DNA of 64,000 nucleotides from contig NW_024704743.1 of the NCBI RefSeq assembly GCF_018977255.1, positions 112,842,001 to 112,906,000 on the forward strand. The letters are read 5' to 3'. Every line of letters starts with the position of its first letter. Within the stretch, counting starts at the first letter, position 1. This document shows, piece by piece, positions 12,863 to 26,835 of this stretch. The notes under the pieces are model-generated. The model saw only the letters and a program-made list of their open reading frames with translations. It did no database searches and was not told the DNA's origin. This stretch comes from Callorhinchus milii. Its lineage: Eukaryota. The position numbers and the translations under genes are program-made.

Positions 12863-14289
12863 TATACAATTGCAGCAATTATTCTTAGACATGGTACTCA
12901 ATTTATCAACCATGAGAGAGTGAATGGCAGAGTAGACCCAAATTGGGAAACTTCTGGTTGCAAGTCCAATGTTCAACTGACTGAGCTACCTGGGATATTG
13001 CTTAATTTGTTTTAAAATGTGGAAATGCTGAAGTGATATAAAAATAAACAATTTTGATATGAAAAAAATTAGGACAGGTCTAAAGAAGACTGGTCCCACT
13101 TAATAATTGGATTAATTGGTAGATATTTTTGCCCAGTTTAACATTGGGTGAGTTACATGATCTAGCAGAAATTCAATCTCTTCCCTTTTTCCCCACAAAA
13201 TATTATTCCAACTTACTGGGATAGTTAGATTTTTCTGGCCAACACCATTAGATCATTTGTTATGGTTCTAATTTAAATTTCTTGGTTTATTACTGATGGA
13301 GAGTAAAACTATACATTTTTTAATGTAAATAAAGTTAAAGATCCCAGCTGTACTGGTCATGGCAACTACTTTAATTCCATATTCAGCAGGTCATGGAGGG
13401 CTGCAGTATATAATGAAAGATGCAACCATGTATGGAGGGCTTCTCTGGCTTGCTGAGTAGGAACTGAAGTGGGGAGCTATTACCAGTCAGGTAAGGATCA
13501 TTAACTCTTGTTTTTTTTAAATAATTCAACTTTTGACCAAGTTACTGGACTGGAAGTAAGTAGCCTCATGGTTATTATTTTAAATCAATGTAAAAGCAAC
13601 AGTGTTGAGTTTGGGAAGACTTTAAAATTGTAGAATTTTAGTGTGCAATGTATATTTTTCAGATGATAAAAACGTAATGAGCTTGCTTACTTTTTCAGGA
13701 GGCAACCAAAACACTGATAGTTGCAGTATTTGAGGGACTCGCTTGAAAGCAGAATAGTTTTTGTAGCTGAGGAAAAATAAGTTGTATTTTAAAACGATAA
13801 TTTGACTACACCAGTGTTTGTACCACAATAGAGCACTAATGTAATTACCATAATGCAGCCTGAAACCAACCTCTACTGCCAAATGGTGATGGAGCAACCA
13901 GTTGTAAGACACACAAAGCATTAGACACCAGCAAATGTGAATTTTCACAAGAAAGGATGAAAGTCAGAGCCCGATATCCTTACTACCAATTTATATTAAA
14001 ATTCATGGAAATTGAACTAATCAGAAACCTGTTCCAAAATCATCATCCAACAAACTGCACAGAGCATATTTGTTGAATTGTGAATATCTCAATCTCATGA
14101 AATAGAATGATTATTTCCCTATCTGGGCACAAATGTAAATCAATAGCCCTCTATATTTCTGGACTCCACGATGAGGGCATGATGTGCATGCCTCATGGAT
14201 GTGTTGATTTATGAATTTGTTGAGCTAATAAGCTGGATACATGTGACCATTGGCAAAAAAACGGTGTTAATCTTCTTATCACAACAGTG

Positions 14290-14400
14290 TTGACGTGGCC
14301 CCTTGAAAAACTTTGCTTGGTCCCACTCTGTTCCTTGTCTTTATCAATCACCTGGTGGATACCATCAATGATAGCATTGTTCTCTTTGGGTCACCACCTT
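14290..14400 (+). mobile_element. Very old LINE reverse-transcriptase relic
   Basis: ORF 14313 begins LGPTLFLVFINHL, resembling the RT motif GSVLGPxLFxxxINDL. Confidence 0.4.
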
Positions 14401-14854
14401 CAAGAGGGTGCTTAACTCTCCCTCTGAAAGATAAGCAGACTGAATCACCGGAAGTAGATAATAGAATTGCACTTAGCCATATCTTTTTTTCTTGTTCACA
14501 TCTGATCTATTTGCTGGTTATTTCCAGCATTTTTTGCTGTTATTTCATGTTTGTAGCAATCATTTTTTTCTTTTGCTCTTTGTAAAAGCTATATAAATTA
14601 CAACAAATTCAGATTTATAAAGTGCTTTTCACATCAGGAGAATGTCTAACAGAATGTACTGTATAACAGTACTGTAACAGAATAAAGTGAAAGCTCTACT
14701 GAAAGCACTGCAGACAACTTCATAATAATCATTACTGATGTTCTCTGATCAGCCGGATTTTTTTCTTACAGTCATCATCTAGTTCATCTTAATAAAGTGG
14801 ATTTAAACAATGGGTGAAACCATATGACTTAAACGCACAACCTCAACAACCATC

Positions 14855-15153
14855 CGTGGAATCCTGTAGCTCAGTGGTTAGAGGACTCGCTTTGCAAGTG
14901 AGAGACTTGGGTTCGATTCCCGGCAGGATGAAACCTTGGGCAAGTTTCCTTACTCCACACGCCTGATAACAATCCCTGAAACAAAAAAAAATAATAAATT
15001 GGTCATTTCAACCCACGACAGTTTGTGAGTCACTGCTATGTGCCGCACTTCGCCCACAAATACAGTCAATTCACTTTACAGTCTATTCTGTGAAGCGCTT
15101 TGAGACGTCTAGAAGACGTAAAAAGCGCTATATCAAATGCAAGGATTATTATT
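14855..15153 (+). mobile_element. tRNA(Ala)-derived SINE, short subtype
   Basis: Complete from head to tail. Confidence 0.92.
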
Positions 15154-15182
15154 CAAAAAATAAAATGACATGAAATAGCTTA

Positions 15183-15495
15183 TAATAATAATAAATAATC
15201 CTTGCATTTGATATACACTTTTCATGTCTTCTAGACGTCTCAAAGCGCTTCACAGAATATACTGTAAAGTGAATTGACTGGATATTTGTGGGTGAAACTC
15301 GGCAGCAATTGCGCACAGCAGTGTCCCACAAACAGTTGTGCATTGAGTGACCAATTTATTATTGTTTTTCATCTTGAGGGATTTTTATCAGGCTTGCAGA
15401 GTAAAGAAACTTGTCCACGGTTTTGCTCTGCCGGGAATCAAACCCATCTCTCGCTTCTGATGCGAATGCTCTAACCATTGAGCTACACGACTGCG
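15183..15495 (-). mobile_element. tRNA(Ala)-derived SINE, short subtype, inverted relative to 14855-15153
   Basis: Complete reverse-complement copy about 30 nt from the + copy. Confidence 0.9.
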
Positions 15496-16481
15496 CAATA
15501 TTAATATTTAAATGTAGGTATGCTTTGTATTTACTGAAAGCCTAAGTGAAATTTTGAAACCAGGAAACTAGCAAGCATATCTTTCACAAAATAAAATGGA
15601 GCATGTAAAGACAATTTTTGAATTTGGCGGCTTACCGCATACATGATTTCTGGAAGACGGTGCTCTGGAGACCAGATAGTCTCAGCCAGCAGAGGGCAGT
15701 CAGCATTTCCACAGAGATGCTGAATATATATTTAGTTAGCTCAAAAAATTCCTGGGACAGAAAGAAGAAACGCAACTCATTAATGTCCCATTACATGATG
15801 CAACACACCCGGCCCCTTGTGGTGGTGCTGGTGGGGGCGTGGGGGATTCTCTCTGTTCACTCCACTTTGCCAAAAACAATGTGGCATTCTTGAATTGTAG
15901 TTTAAAAATCTTTTGATCCTCCATTGGTCTAGTGAGTAAATGCTCTTGCAGCCTGAGGACATTCAGACCAGAAGGTTGCATGTTTAAATCCTGGTGTGTG
16001 ATGGGTTAACAGTTCCCTAGATTAGAGAGGTAGAAAATCAAATACTCCTAAATTGCTGTCCTAGCAATTTAGTTTATGTTTATAATTTATGTTTATAAAT
16101 TTGGGTTTATGCGGATATTAGGATATTGGTGAGAACAGGATTGGTCTTGTCGATGATTCCCATTGCTGACGCGCATTGTCAAGGCTCACGTGTGAAGAAT
16201 GGTCACTTCAGTAAAAAAAAGTTGACTATGGAGCCGCATCCCATAGAAGTAAAAAGGAATGAAATACATTCAAGAAAGGAAGAGGGGATAGAAAATTGGA
16301 GGGGAAATGTAAGTTATATGAAATACTTGTGTTCTATCAAAATTACTAAACATCTTACAGGTAGAGACTAGAGCCAGATTTGTTCTATATTAATTAAGAT
16401 TTATTATGAAGTAAACTGATTGCGCTAACCTGTTATGGTAGTTTTACAGTAGTAGTTTTTTTTTCTCTTCTCCAGACATAA

Positions 16482-16870
16482 TGTGGAGTCCTGTAGCTTA
16501 GTGGTTAGAGCACTCGCCTCGCAAGTAGAGGACCTGGGTTTGATTCCTGGCAGGGCAAAACATTAGGCAAGTTTCCTTACTCCACACGCCTCTGTTTACC
16601 TAGCAGTAAGTAGGAACTTGGTTGTTATTCGATTAGCAGATCGCTTTTCCAGGGGTAATAATTCCTTTAAAATAATTTTTAAAAATAATTTGGTCACTCA
16701 ATCCACGACTGCTTGTGGGACACTGCTGTACACAATTGGCTGCTGCGTTTCGCCCACAAGATATACAGAAAATTCACTTCACAGTATATTCTGTGAAGGA
16801 AGCGCATTGAGACATCTTGGAAGATATGATAAGACGCTATAGCAAATGCAAGGATTATTATTATTGTTAT
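16482..16870 (+). mobile_element. tRNA(Ala)-derived SINE, long subtype
   Basis: Complete copy. Confidence 0.92.
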
Positions 16871-18257
16871 CGCTATCATACTCTTTCGAGATGTAGTCTT
16901 TAACCGTTCCTTTCTAAGTGCTGCCTTTCGACCAGAAAAAGATATAAGATTGGGGAGAAATAGTCTTGCAATTTGCTTAGAAAATGTAGCAGTTAAAGAA
17001 AAATATGCAGTTTCTGTCAATACATATGTTGCTGTACATGTGCACGCTACAAAGGTATGCACTCCACACATGCATATTGTTAAAGTAATGAAAGTTTAAT
17101 AAAACCACTTTGAGTAGTTTGTAATAGATTCTTAATCAGCATAATCTGTAGCAGTTGGTGCATCTTAGATCCAAGGTTGGGAAATTTTGTAGTACCATTA
17201 TTCACTCCCGCATCTCCTCCCCCTCCCCCTGCAATCATACTCTCTCTCACACACACATGCTCACTCCTTTGGCTTTTGGTTGCTATCATGTTATAGCATT
17301 CCTGATGTAATAAGACCATGTGTATTGTTTCCATTTCCCTTGAAAATAAAATGTCTTGTAACTAGGGATGCTATAATTGAACTTATTGGAATGATTTTTT
17401 TTAAATGTATCCTGATGTATTGGAATTGATAAGTGTACTGTGTTGGAACCTTATTCTTTAGTTTCTGGATCTTGGCTTCAAACCCAAGAAGATGATGAGG
17501 GAATAAACGTTTGCTCTGCTGAGTTTAAAGATCCTACGTTAAATGATTCTTGGCAGTTTCAACCTGATTTTTTGCGGGCCTTAAAACAGTTTATAGTTTG
17601 GTGCTAATTTGTAGCCTTAGTCGAGTTGGATGGAGCTACAGCTTTGAGACCATTCGGAAAATAGTGCATTGGTCCAAAACTGCAGTGGTGACTCTCGCAA
17701 AGTTGATAAAGCAGGTTGTATTGGTGTAGAGGAAACTTTATTTTGAAGCAAAGCTGTGTAATATTTTACCCAGGTGTGATCAATGTTGGGTATCAATAAT
17801 TGAAACTGCTCTCTCCTTCAATTTATAATCCAGCCGCCTTATCACCAGTTGAAGCAAATCGAAGAATTTCACTGTGTGGTGACTGTTTGTGGACGAATGA
17901 TGCAGCTAATTTGTGTATATCAATGTTGTGTAAACAGCCAGCAAGGCAATGCATTTAAACAGTTTGGCAGGATGTTCAGATAGTAAAAAGATTTTGTAAT
18001 GCTGTTAAAGCTGTACATTTTCTTTAGTATTTAATTATCTTTAAAACAATAAAGTAAAATTCTTTACTGACTTTCTTTAACCATTTTCTGTTGATATTGT
18101 GGTTTACATGTGTCCTGTCACCTATATTTCCAATATCTTCTATATAATTGTTGTTTAGAGATTAAGAATTATAATGGGAAAATGGAATAATTATTTTGGA
18201 GAGTTTTCAATCCTTTCAACCAGAAGCCTCAAACTTATTTTGGTTTGATGATGGTAT

Positions 18258-18591
18258 TGTGGAGTCCTGTAGCTCAGTGGTTAGAGCACTCGCTTTGCAA
18301 GCGAGAGACCTGAGTTCAATTCCAGGCAGAGGGCGAAACCTTGGGCAAGTTTCCTTACTCCACACAGAGCCTAATAATAATCCCTCCAAAGAACAAAAAC
18401 AATAATAAAAATTGGTCATTTTCAATCCATGACTGTTTGTGGGACATTGCTGTGCGCAATTGGCTGCTGCGTTCGCCCACAAATATATAGTCAATTCACT
18501 TTACAGTATATTCTGTGAAGCGCTTTGGGACGTCCTCCTGACGTGAAAAGCGCTATATCAAATGCAAGGATTATTATTTTTATTATTATTA
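18258..18591 (+). mobile_element. tRNA(Ala)-derived SINE, short subtype, young
   Basis: Complete copy; tail loop is L2-type (cgtcctcctgacg). Confidence 0.92.
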
Positions 18592-21500
18592 TGAAATTGC
18601 CCCCAAATGAACATAATTAAACTTCAAGTGACTAGGTGCAAGCCAAACCTAAGTGGAAAAAAGAAAAAGTATCCAGAAAAAAGTGCTGATCTTCGAAATT
18701 TCATGCGATGCTAGAACATATTCCAGCATTCCAGCGTTCGTTATTTTGATGCCAATTTTCTTCCCCTATTTCCGAATGACCCTTCTTTGGGTTTCGTTTC
18801 CTAGGTCCAAGCTGCCTTCTTTCTATGTAATCCCAGATGGTGAGTGTTGGCTGGCATTTCAACCATGGAAAGCGTTGTGGCAAAGCCCAACACTGTCCTG
18901 ATCACTGTCTATAAAATGCATTTTCCAACAAGGGCACTGAATAGCAATCCAGAACAGCAATTTCCCTCTCCATATAGTATGAAAATAACCCTTTGTATAA
19001 ATTTACCTTAATTACAGTATAACCCATTATGACACACTTCTGCACAGCACAAATTTGGGGATAGCATGGCAGAACTGTGGACCCCATTCATTCACTGCGC
19101 ATTCACCTGCCAACCTTGCCGTTTCCTGCACTGGCTGATCTAATGACATAGAAGTTGGCCATTTTAGCTTTAAAATGGCTGACCTATGGGTCATCAGGTC
19201 GCTGACTTGGTCCTGTTACAGATTAGATGTAGTGTGCTCCATGTCTTAATCTTTATTTGCTTCATGTGCATTACAGCCTATGTATGTTGTCCTCCTAGAA
19301 GAAATTCAGAGAGAAACAGAACTGGTTATATAGACAGAACTGTAGCAGGTGCAGTTTAATACAAATGTAGAATTTGTCAAAGGAATGTTTTGAGAGTTGG
19401 ATGGGAAAACTGGTGTACTCCTTGAACATTTTCTGAATTCATAATTGTCATTGATTTCAAGTACAGCGCAAAGAGTATACTATTTAAAAATGTTTATAAT
19501 TTAAATTTCCACTTATCTTAGCAATGAGGAATTCCATGGGGTTTTATTAGTTTACTTGTTTATTTTCTTTTGTCACTTTATTGTAAACTAAGTACATATC
19601 TGCAAACAGGCTTGTGTTTGTATATTACATCAAAGTAGGAATTGCAAATACTGCTGATACTGAAAGGCTTCAGCATCGGTTGGGTCTGGTTTAGCTCTCC
19701 TGTTAAACCCAATGGAGGCACTCAGGGATGTGGCTGGCTTTTTTCATAGTGTTATTCAGTGGAGCCAGCCTCGTTCACAGAGGTGCTTTTGCCACTGATA
19801 AAAAATTGTTCTATAACATTTAGAATTGTTATTTTTTCAATTTGAACCAAAAGTACTCACACCAGATTCCTTTTCTCCTTCAAGTGATTGTTCCTGATTT
19901 CGTTGAAACCCAAGTGTGTTTCACCTTTGAGACATGAGGTTAAGTAAAAAGAATGTGTAATTGGTATATTTAATACATTTTTAACCATTATTTTCACAAA
20001 ATTGGTTACCATGATGACTTTTCTTTCATCTTCAGGATATGACACTTTTAAGAAAATAAATTCAAGTTTACTATATTAAGATAAAAATCTAACTGACAGT
20101 ACAGTAATGAGAAAAATGGCAAACAATAGCTGTGATTGAACTTGAGATAGGATGCTTTGTCAATCAGAGGTATTTTCTCACATCTTTCATCCTTTTGAAG
20201 TAACCATTATGTTCCCTCTGGGCATGGTATATAAATGCAGTGGTGCTGAATTTTTAAGAGAATCTATTCACAAGATCTTCATGGGGAGACCTGTGGCCTG
20301 TTAAAGATGTGAACATAAAGTTTTCAACTTCATCTAAATCTTGCTTTTTTAATTAAAGCATGATTTTATTCTGAATCATTAATGTTCATTAGGTAGAATA
20401 TGAAATAATTAAAGATTTCCAAGATGAGCATTGCAGTGTTTCCAAGAAAAAGTTGCACTGTATTCATCTTCCACTCCACCCCCCCTCCAATTTTGTCTCA
20501 AAATCTTATCACTGTTTGCTAAATATTCCCCCACTCTTACTTGAATTACTTGCTCCACTCTAATTCCTGGAACAAGGATGGCTTTGTTCCATGTTGGGTT
20601 GGATGCATTCTTTTAGAATTATTCCATTAAACACAATAGTTCTTTTTTTGCTCCTTGATGTCAGACAAATTATTTTGCATTTAGTCACATTTAACTGTAT
20701 CTGTTCAATACCCAAAAAGTCCTAATGTTTCAGATTGCATCATTTCGCCCACAAAAATGTGGTCAATTCACTTTCCAGTATATTCTGTGAAGCGCTTTGA
20801 GATGTCTAGAAGACATGAAAAGCGCTATATCAAATTCAAGGATTATTATTATTATTCTTCATTAGCTGCACTGTCTTTTATCTTTGCTCAAAACCGTGGA
20901 GACTTTTCTTTGGGTAATTTTCCAAGTTCTTTATCAAAATTGTTTACAGAAAGCAGTCACTGTGATTACCTTTAGGATCTGCAGTGCCAACCTCATGCTG
21001 ACATCATTACATGCCGTTTCCTGCTCCAAAGGATTGTTTGGTCTTGTAGAGCAGCAACAATAATTTGCATGTATATAGCACCCTACACCTGAGTAGGGTC
21101 TTGAAACACCTAAACCTAAGAGCAGGAACCATGGCTCATTTAAAACAATACTCTTAATATTTAAAAAAAACGCATTTCACTCACTAAAATACACAGTCAC
21201 TACACTTTACAGTATATTCTGTGAAGCGTTTTGAGACGTCTCGAAGACATGATAAGGCTCTATATCAAATCCAAGGATTATTATTGTTATTATTATTATT
21301 ACTCTCCTAGCCTTGAAAGCCTCCCAATTGTAGCACTCCCACCACTTCAGTACCTGAGCAGAATTAACTCGGCAGAAGCCAGGGATCAAACTTGAGATCT
21401 TCATGGTATATATAACTTGTTATCATACTGCAATTACTCATCGAATAATTAGGGGAGCACATAAGTATGTCCTTATATCTCTGGAAGAGGTTATACAGAC

Positions 21501-24500
21501 CCCATATCCACACAACGAACAGCTCAATTGCCATTCAACCCGACTGTGATGAAATGATAGGAACAATTATTGCACTGAGAATCTTGAATTGTGCCTGCAT
21601 GTATTAGCACATGCACAGTGTACTGGCAGGAGTATTTTTAACTGCATGTATAGCTCCTGTACAGCATTTATTTTTAATATAACTGGGAAGATACAATACT
21701 GGGTTTAAGAAAGATGGGGAAAGAGGGCAAGGAAGAGAGAGAAAAGACAGTGACGCTATGTGGCACTGCAATAATTGTCTTAACTCCTTATGACAGTTTG
21801 GTTAGTATTTTGAATTGTATTTAATTGATGACTTGATATCCACATTGTGTTCATAGCTACAATAGAAATGGTCCCAATTAATATGGATATAGTGCTCTTT
21901 ACTGCATTACTGTACTTCTCTTTTGCTGTGTTATTTTATGCAACATTTTATGCAACGTCTGTTTTATCACAAATATAATATTCTTACAAGTTGGAAGAAT
22001 TATTATATTGTATTTTAACTATACTTTTCATTTCATGCTATTTCAAATCCTCCGAGTTAGTAGTTGTGCATCTGTGCTTGGAATCAGCAAAATGTACGAT
22101 TTGTTAAGATACAGCAGTTGTCATTAACATGCAGGATACTGTGATCTATCATTGAAAAGGAATAATTGTTTGAATTAGGGAGTATGGTTAAGTATGTTGT
22201 GTGCGACTGAGAGATCAATAAAATGGAATCTGTGAGAGTGTTTATGTATGAATGTTTAAGTTTGTGGCCAGGATCTTGGCAAATGTAATCCACAGGAATG
22301 CTATGGGGGAGGGGATGGAGGAGAATGCAACGCCTGCAAAGACCAGTGTGGCATACAGCTCATATTTCTCCTCGCTTTCTCAACTATTCTAAAATGTCAA
22401 GCTGCTGATTGAATTACTGTGATGGAGTACAGTAGACTATAAATTGTTCTTTTAACACATACTAACTTTCTAGAGAACCTGCATACAAATATCTCACTGG
22501 GTGAAAAAAAATGCTATTACTTTTGAATAGATCACTTTTCTCCCCCACTTTTAGCAAGCAGTTCCTAGTATTTATCTGTGGTGCATTAGCAGTGCTTTAT
22601 TAGAAATCCCAGCTTCGTTCAGCAACAACAATCAAACATTTGAGCTATGGTTAGTTATTTTACTTTCTTCTGAAGATATACTTGTCTGAATATTACAGAA
22701 CAAATGTAATTTATTCCAAACAATTGACAGTTAATGTTAGAACTTTTATACAATTCTGCCCTGTTTAATTTTTTTGAAAATTCTTATTTTCCAAGCTTCA
22801 GATCCCAAATATTTCTTTGCCTTTGATTTCTTCAAATATATTTCCAGTGTTGGTTTTTTTTCAAAATGCGCTATTAGTAATAATTGTTTGTCAAGAATTT
22901 ATGAACTTTGAGAGTCTACCATTGGCCATCAAAGACCCAGCCAGTATAACAAGTATAAAAAGTATAACTGGTAATGAACATACTGTTGTCAAGCCTAAAC
23001 TAGGATACTGTGCAAATGGTTTAACGTTTCTATATAGGATGAATTTAACAGAAAAGGTTACAGGAGGTTAAAATACAGGTGAACCACATTGTCCCACGGG
23101 GCACTGCTTCTCTTGCACTATGGACCCACACACACCAGTACATTCAGCTTCCATGTAAGCCCACTGCTGACAAGGTTTGCTGTACATAGCCTGTAGATGT
23201 AAGCACTCAGGAAGTGACATTAGCTACATTTTCTATGCTTAGCATACATGCATGTAACATGTAGGAAATGACATCAGTGGTGACCCAAAGCATGATCCAC
23301 GGAGCAATAAACATTTTTTAGGGGAAAAAACAGCCCAAATGGGGATTCCTTCCATGTTTTAGACCCAATTGTATGGGTGGCCATCCAAAGAGACCAATGA
23401 ATCAAACCTTGGTAACTACACAGTTGTAATGTTGTAGTAGATTGCTGTAAATATTTAGGATTTGAAGTTAGAAAAACAAGAATGTTGAAATTAAAGTAAA
23501 CCGTGCAGAATTGTTTAAAAAAGATTTGATATTAACAGTTTATTGTTTTAACATTCATACTTTGTGCCGTACATCTCCAAAGGAAAATATTTACCAAATT
23601 CAATGTCTGTTGCAGTTAATTTTATACTTTAAAAATTAAACAGAAATGACTAAACATGACGTACATGATTTATTAACTTTCCAATGTATGCTTTATTTAT
23701 TGCATTTCGCTAAACTGATAAAGAATTGATATTCCAACTATGTGTTGCAGCCAAATATTTCTGGTATTTTTCACTTTTAATATTTGATTTTAAATGCACC
23801 CTATCGTAGATATTTTCCTTCAAAAAGTATTTAGCCGTTAAAACCCTCTTATTGCCTATGTTATGAAGTGAAGCTGTACAGTGGAACTCAGAAACTGTAA
23901 TTGGATTGCTAAACATTTAAAGAAAGATGGTAGTGCTAGGTGCAGATTTTCATAAATATCAGTAACAACCCATCACCCCCGCTTTCATTTATCTGCCTCG
24001 CAAAATACTCAGAGAATATGCATTCTTCAGTGAAAAATGCCACTTGGAATTGAGCATTGAATGTGTAGGAAATTTCAGTTTATTGTTAAACAGATTGGTG
24101 GAGGGTTAGGGCTGTGCTGCAGATTAGTGTTGCCCTTTCATTTCTTGGATTTGCGTGTGAATTCACCCTTGATTGATGGGATTAAAGTCTCCCTTTATGG
24201 TCATCTTTAAAGATATTATTCGGACCCTCTTGCCCCACTTCCTAATTGACGTGAATTCTTGTCACAAAACTATAACTGGTGTGTGACATAATAACTTCAT
24301 ATTAGTGGACTTGATGGGACTAGATGGTGAGGGTTGTGGGAGAGGAGTTCTTCAATCCTATTAATATGCTTTCCTCTTCCACAAATCCACCAAATTATAT
24401 GTTTTAACGCATCTCGTTGTTTGTATGGAACATCACCAGCACAGATTACCTGTCAGAATACCTTGCTGACGTAGCAAGTGTTAGTACACTTCAAAGTACA

Positions 24501-24669
24501 GTACTTCATTCTGTGAAGTGTTTTTAAATACAGTATTACAACACAATATAAAGTTTTTTTTATTACCAAAGTGTGCTGCCAATATGAAACTGTTTTCACC
24601 AAGGCTAATTGAATATTAAGATTCAATTGCAAGACAAATTGATTACAAATTAAATCACATTTTCTAACC

Positions 24670-25240
24670 TCGAATAAATCATTAATGAGGCCACATATGG
24701 AATGTGGGTTTCAGTTTGGGGCACTCTATCTTCAGAATAACATTCATGCGCAGAATGTGTTGAAAGAAAAATGGCACAGTTAGCTGTTACTAAGAGGCTC
24801 CCTGAATTTACTTTGAATGCAGAAGAAAAGATATAGAGAGTACGTGATCAACATCTTAAAAATGTTGAAAATAGATGATGTATGAAAGCATATTATTTAA
24901 ATTGTGAGTGCAGAATTACAGGGTGTGATTGCAAAATTAGAAATGAACAACTGAAGTAGCTCCTATTGATGCGTTTGAAAACAAGCTTAAGAAATATGTG
25001 GTTACAAACAGAATGAAGGGTAATAAGGATGACGAGGCAGAAGCATTCAATGCTCGATGGTCATGTTGAATGCTCAGTTGCTGGTCATTGAATGGCTTTG
25101 CAAGGTAAACAAATGACCATACCTCAATAATATAGGATCCAAGATTAGATAGCTAGTCAAGTTATGTCGGGATTGGGGAGAATGTAGATTGTGCATTGTG
25201 GAATAGATTTGATAGTCAAATAGCCATTTCTTACACAAAG
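24670..25240 (+). mobile_element. Old CR1 LINE 3' fragment
   Basis: aatcattaatgaggccacatatggaatgtgggtttcagtttggggcac reads SLMRPHMECGFQFG, resembling LVRPHLEYCVQFW. Confidence 0.55.
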
Positions 25241-26394
25241 CTCTGCATTATGACACACAAAATTCACATTTTAAAAAAGCTAAATATTGGAACAAGTATT
25301 TTGATTTACTTTGCCAACAACAGGGAATCTTTAAAATAGAAGTTGATGTCAGACGGTGGATTAGAATTTGTTTGGCTCAAATATGCATTTATTTGGGCTG
25401 ACTGGAAAATAACATTGCATGTGACTCCCTTGCAAAAAAAAAAGTCACTCTTCAGTGTATTAAAAACCCAGACCTACTGGGACACGCTTAGGTTTCTTTT
25501 TCCACTTAGGGAAACATTAGCCAAAAAGTGTTGCTGAGATTTAAATCTCAGATTTGAAAGGTGAATGATTCCAAACTATATCTCTGTCTCCACCATTGCT
25601 GCATTATGCTAACTTCATTTAACAACAACAACAAGATTACATTTGTATAGCGCCTTTCACGTCAGTGGCAGTATTTTTTCCCAGCATTCAATTGCAAAAA
25701 AAAGACCACAAGAGTAACCAAATTGTACTTTCCAGAATTTTTAATTACGTTTTTACAGAGTTTGTCATAATAGTGTGTGTTTGTTGCCTTCACATCAGCT
25801 CATAAAGTACAAGAGTGAACTGACTCCTTGATGTTTTATGTATTCATTCACTTTGTGCACAGTGGAGGTCAACGGGAAGGGAGGGAAAAAGACCATACCA
25901 GAGGAAACCAGTGGTGACCACACACAAGATGGAAAGGCACCTTCAAGCAACTGGAAAAGGATGACTAACTGTTTAGAAATGTACATGACTTGTTTTAAGT
26001 ACGTATGATTGCTCCAAAGTAATAGTGAAATGGCAAATGTTGCCACAGCATTTTAAAGGGTTAAGAGAGTCTAGGAAGTACTTTTTCTCTATTCCTCATT
26101 ATTATATTTAAAAAGTCCTAAAAATATATACTGACGTAATCCCTGTGTTCAGAGGATCCCTTCCAGCTGCTAGGGCAATCTATTGATGCATGTAAAGGGA
26201 TGAATGGGTGCATCCCCAGTTTTATTTAGTTTAATGAGCTATGAAGGAGTCTAAAAGCCGACCTAGAGCTGCCTTGATGAAAGCTTAGTATCTGTGAGCA
26301 ACAGTACCCACCAGTATTGTTTTTTCCTTCAGTGAAACAAGTTAGGAACAACCTCCCAATACCTTCTCACTTAGGTGAACTAAATGGCTTGTGT

Positions 26395-26557
26395 TTTAAA
26401 CTGGACAGGTATCTGGAGACGACAGGTTTGCAGGGTTATGGGGAGAAAGCGGGTGAGTGGGGTTAATAAAAGTCAGTTGCTCTGTCAAAGAGCCGGCACA
26501 GTCTCGATGGGCTGAATGGCCTCCTTCTGTGCCGTAACATTCTATGATTCTATGATT
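26395..26557 (+). mobile_element. CR1 LINE 3' end
   Basis: gatgggctgaatggcctccttctgtgccgtaac followed by the (ATTCTATG)n tail typical of CR1. Confidence 0.85.
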
Positions 26558-26626
26558 TGATTTGCACCTGGGTTCGGGTGCCTACACCCTAATTATAAAA
26601 TTGCTTTTTAAATTGCTTCTATATAC

Positions 26627-26835
26627 AGAGGACCTGGGTTCGATTCCCAGGCAGGGTGAAACCTTATGCAAGTTTCGTTACTCCACACACCTCTGTTTAC
26701 CTAGCAGTAAGTAGGAACTCGGTTATTAGTCGATTAGTGGATTACTTTTCCGGCGGTAATAATCCCTTAAAAAAAAATTTGGTTACTCAATCCATGACTG
26801 TTTGTGGGACATATATCAAATGCAAGGATATTATA
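26627..26835 (+). mobile_element. 5'-truncated, internally deleted SINE (long subtype)
   Basis: Starts at agaggacctgggttcgattccc and jumps from tgtgggac to atatcaaatgcaagg. Confidence 0.85.

Noticed and set aside
13380..13496. Donor CAG|GTAAGG at 13490 with a tandem AG acceptor upstream
   Set aside because: Poor pyrimidine tract and no coding similarity.
18258..18340. tRNA-Ala(TGC)-like cloverleaf, here and in about ten other copies
   Set aside because: Each continues into the same SINE body and tail and lacks a T-run terminator. These are SINE heads, not tRNA genes.
19680..19775. Two small hairpins, one GGCTGGCT/AGCCAGCC, reminiscent of a vault/Y RNA start or H/ACA snoRNA
   Set aside because: No Pol III boxes or correctly placed H/ACA boxes; 8-bp stems are expected by chance.
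23085..23330. Loosely palindromic block with central TACATGCATGTA
   Set aside because: Pairing is too interrupted for a pre-miRNA; at best a decayed MITE I cannot assign.
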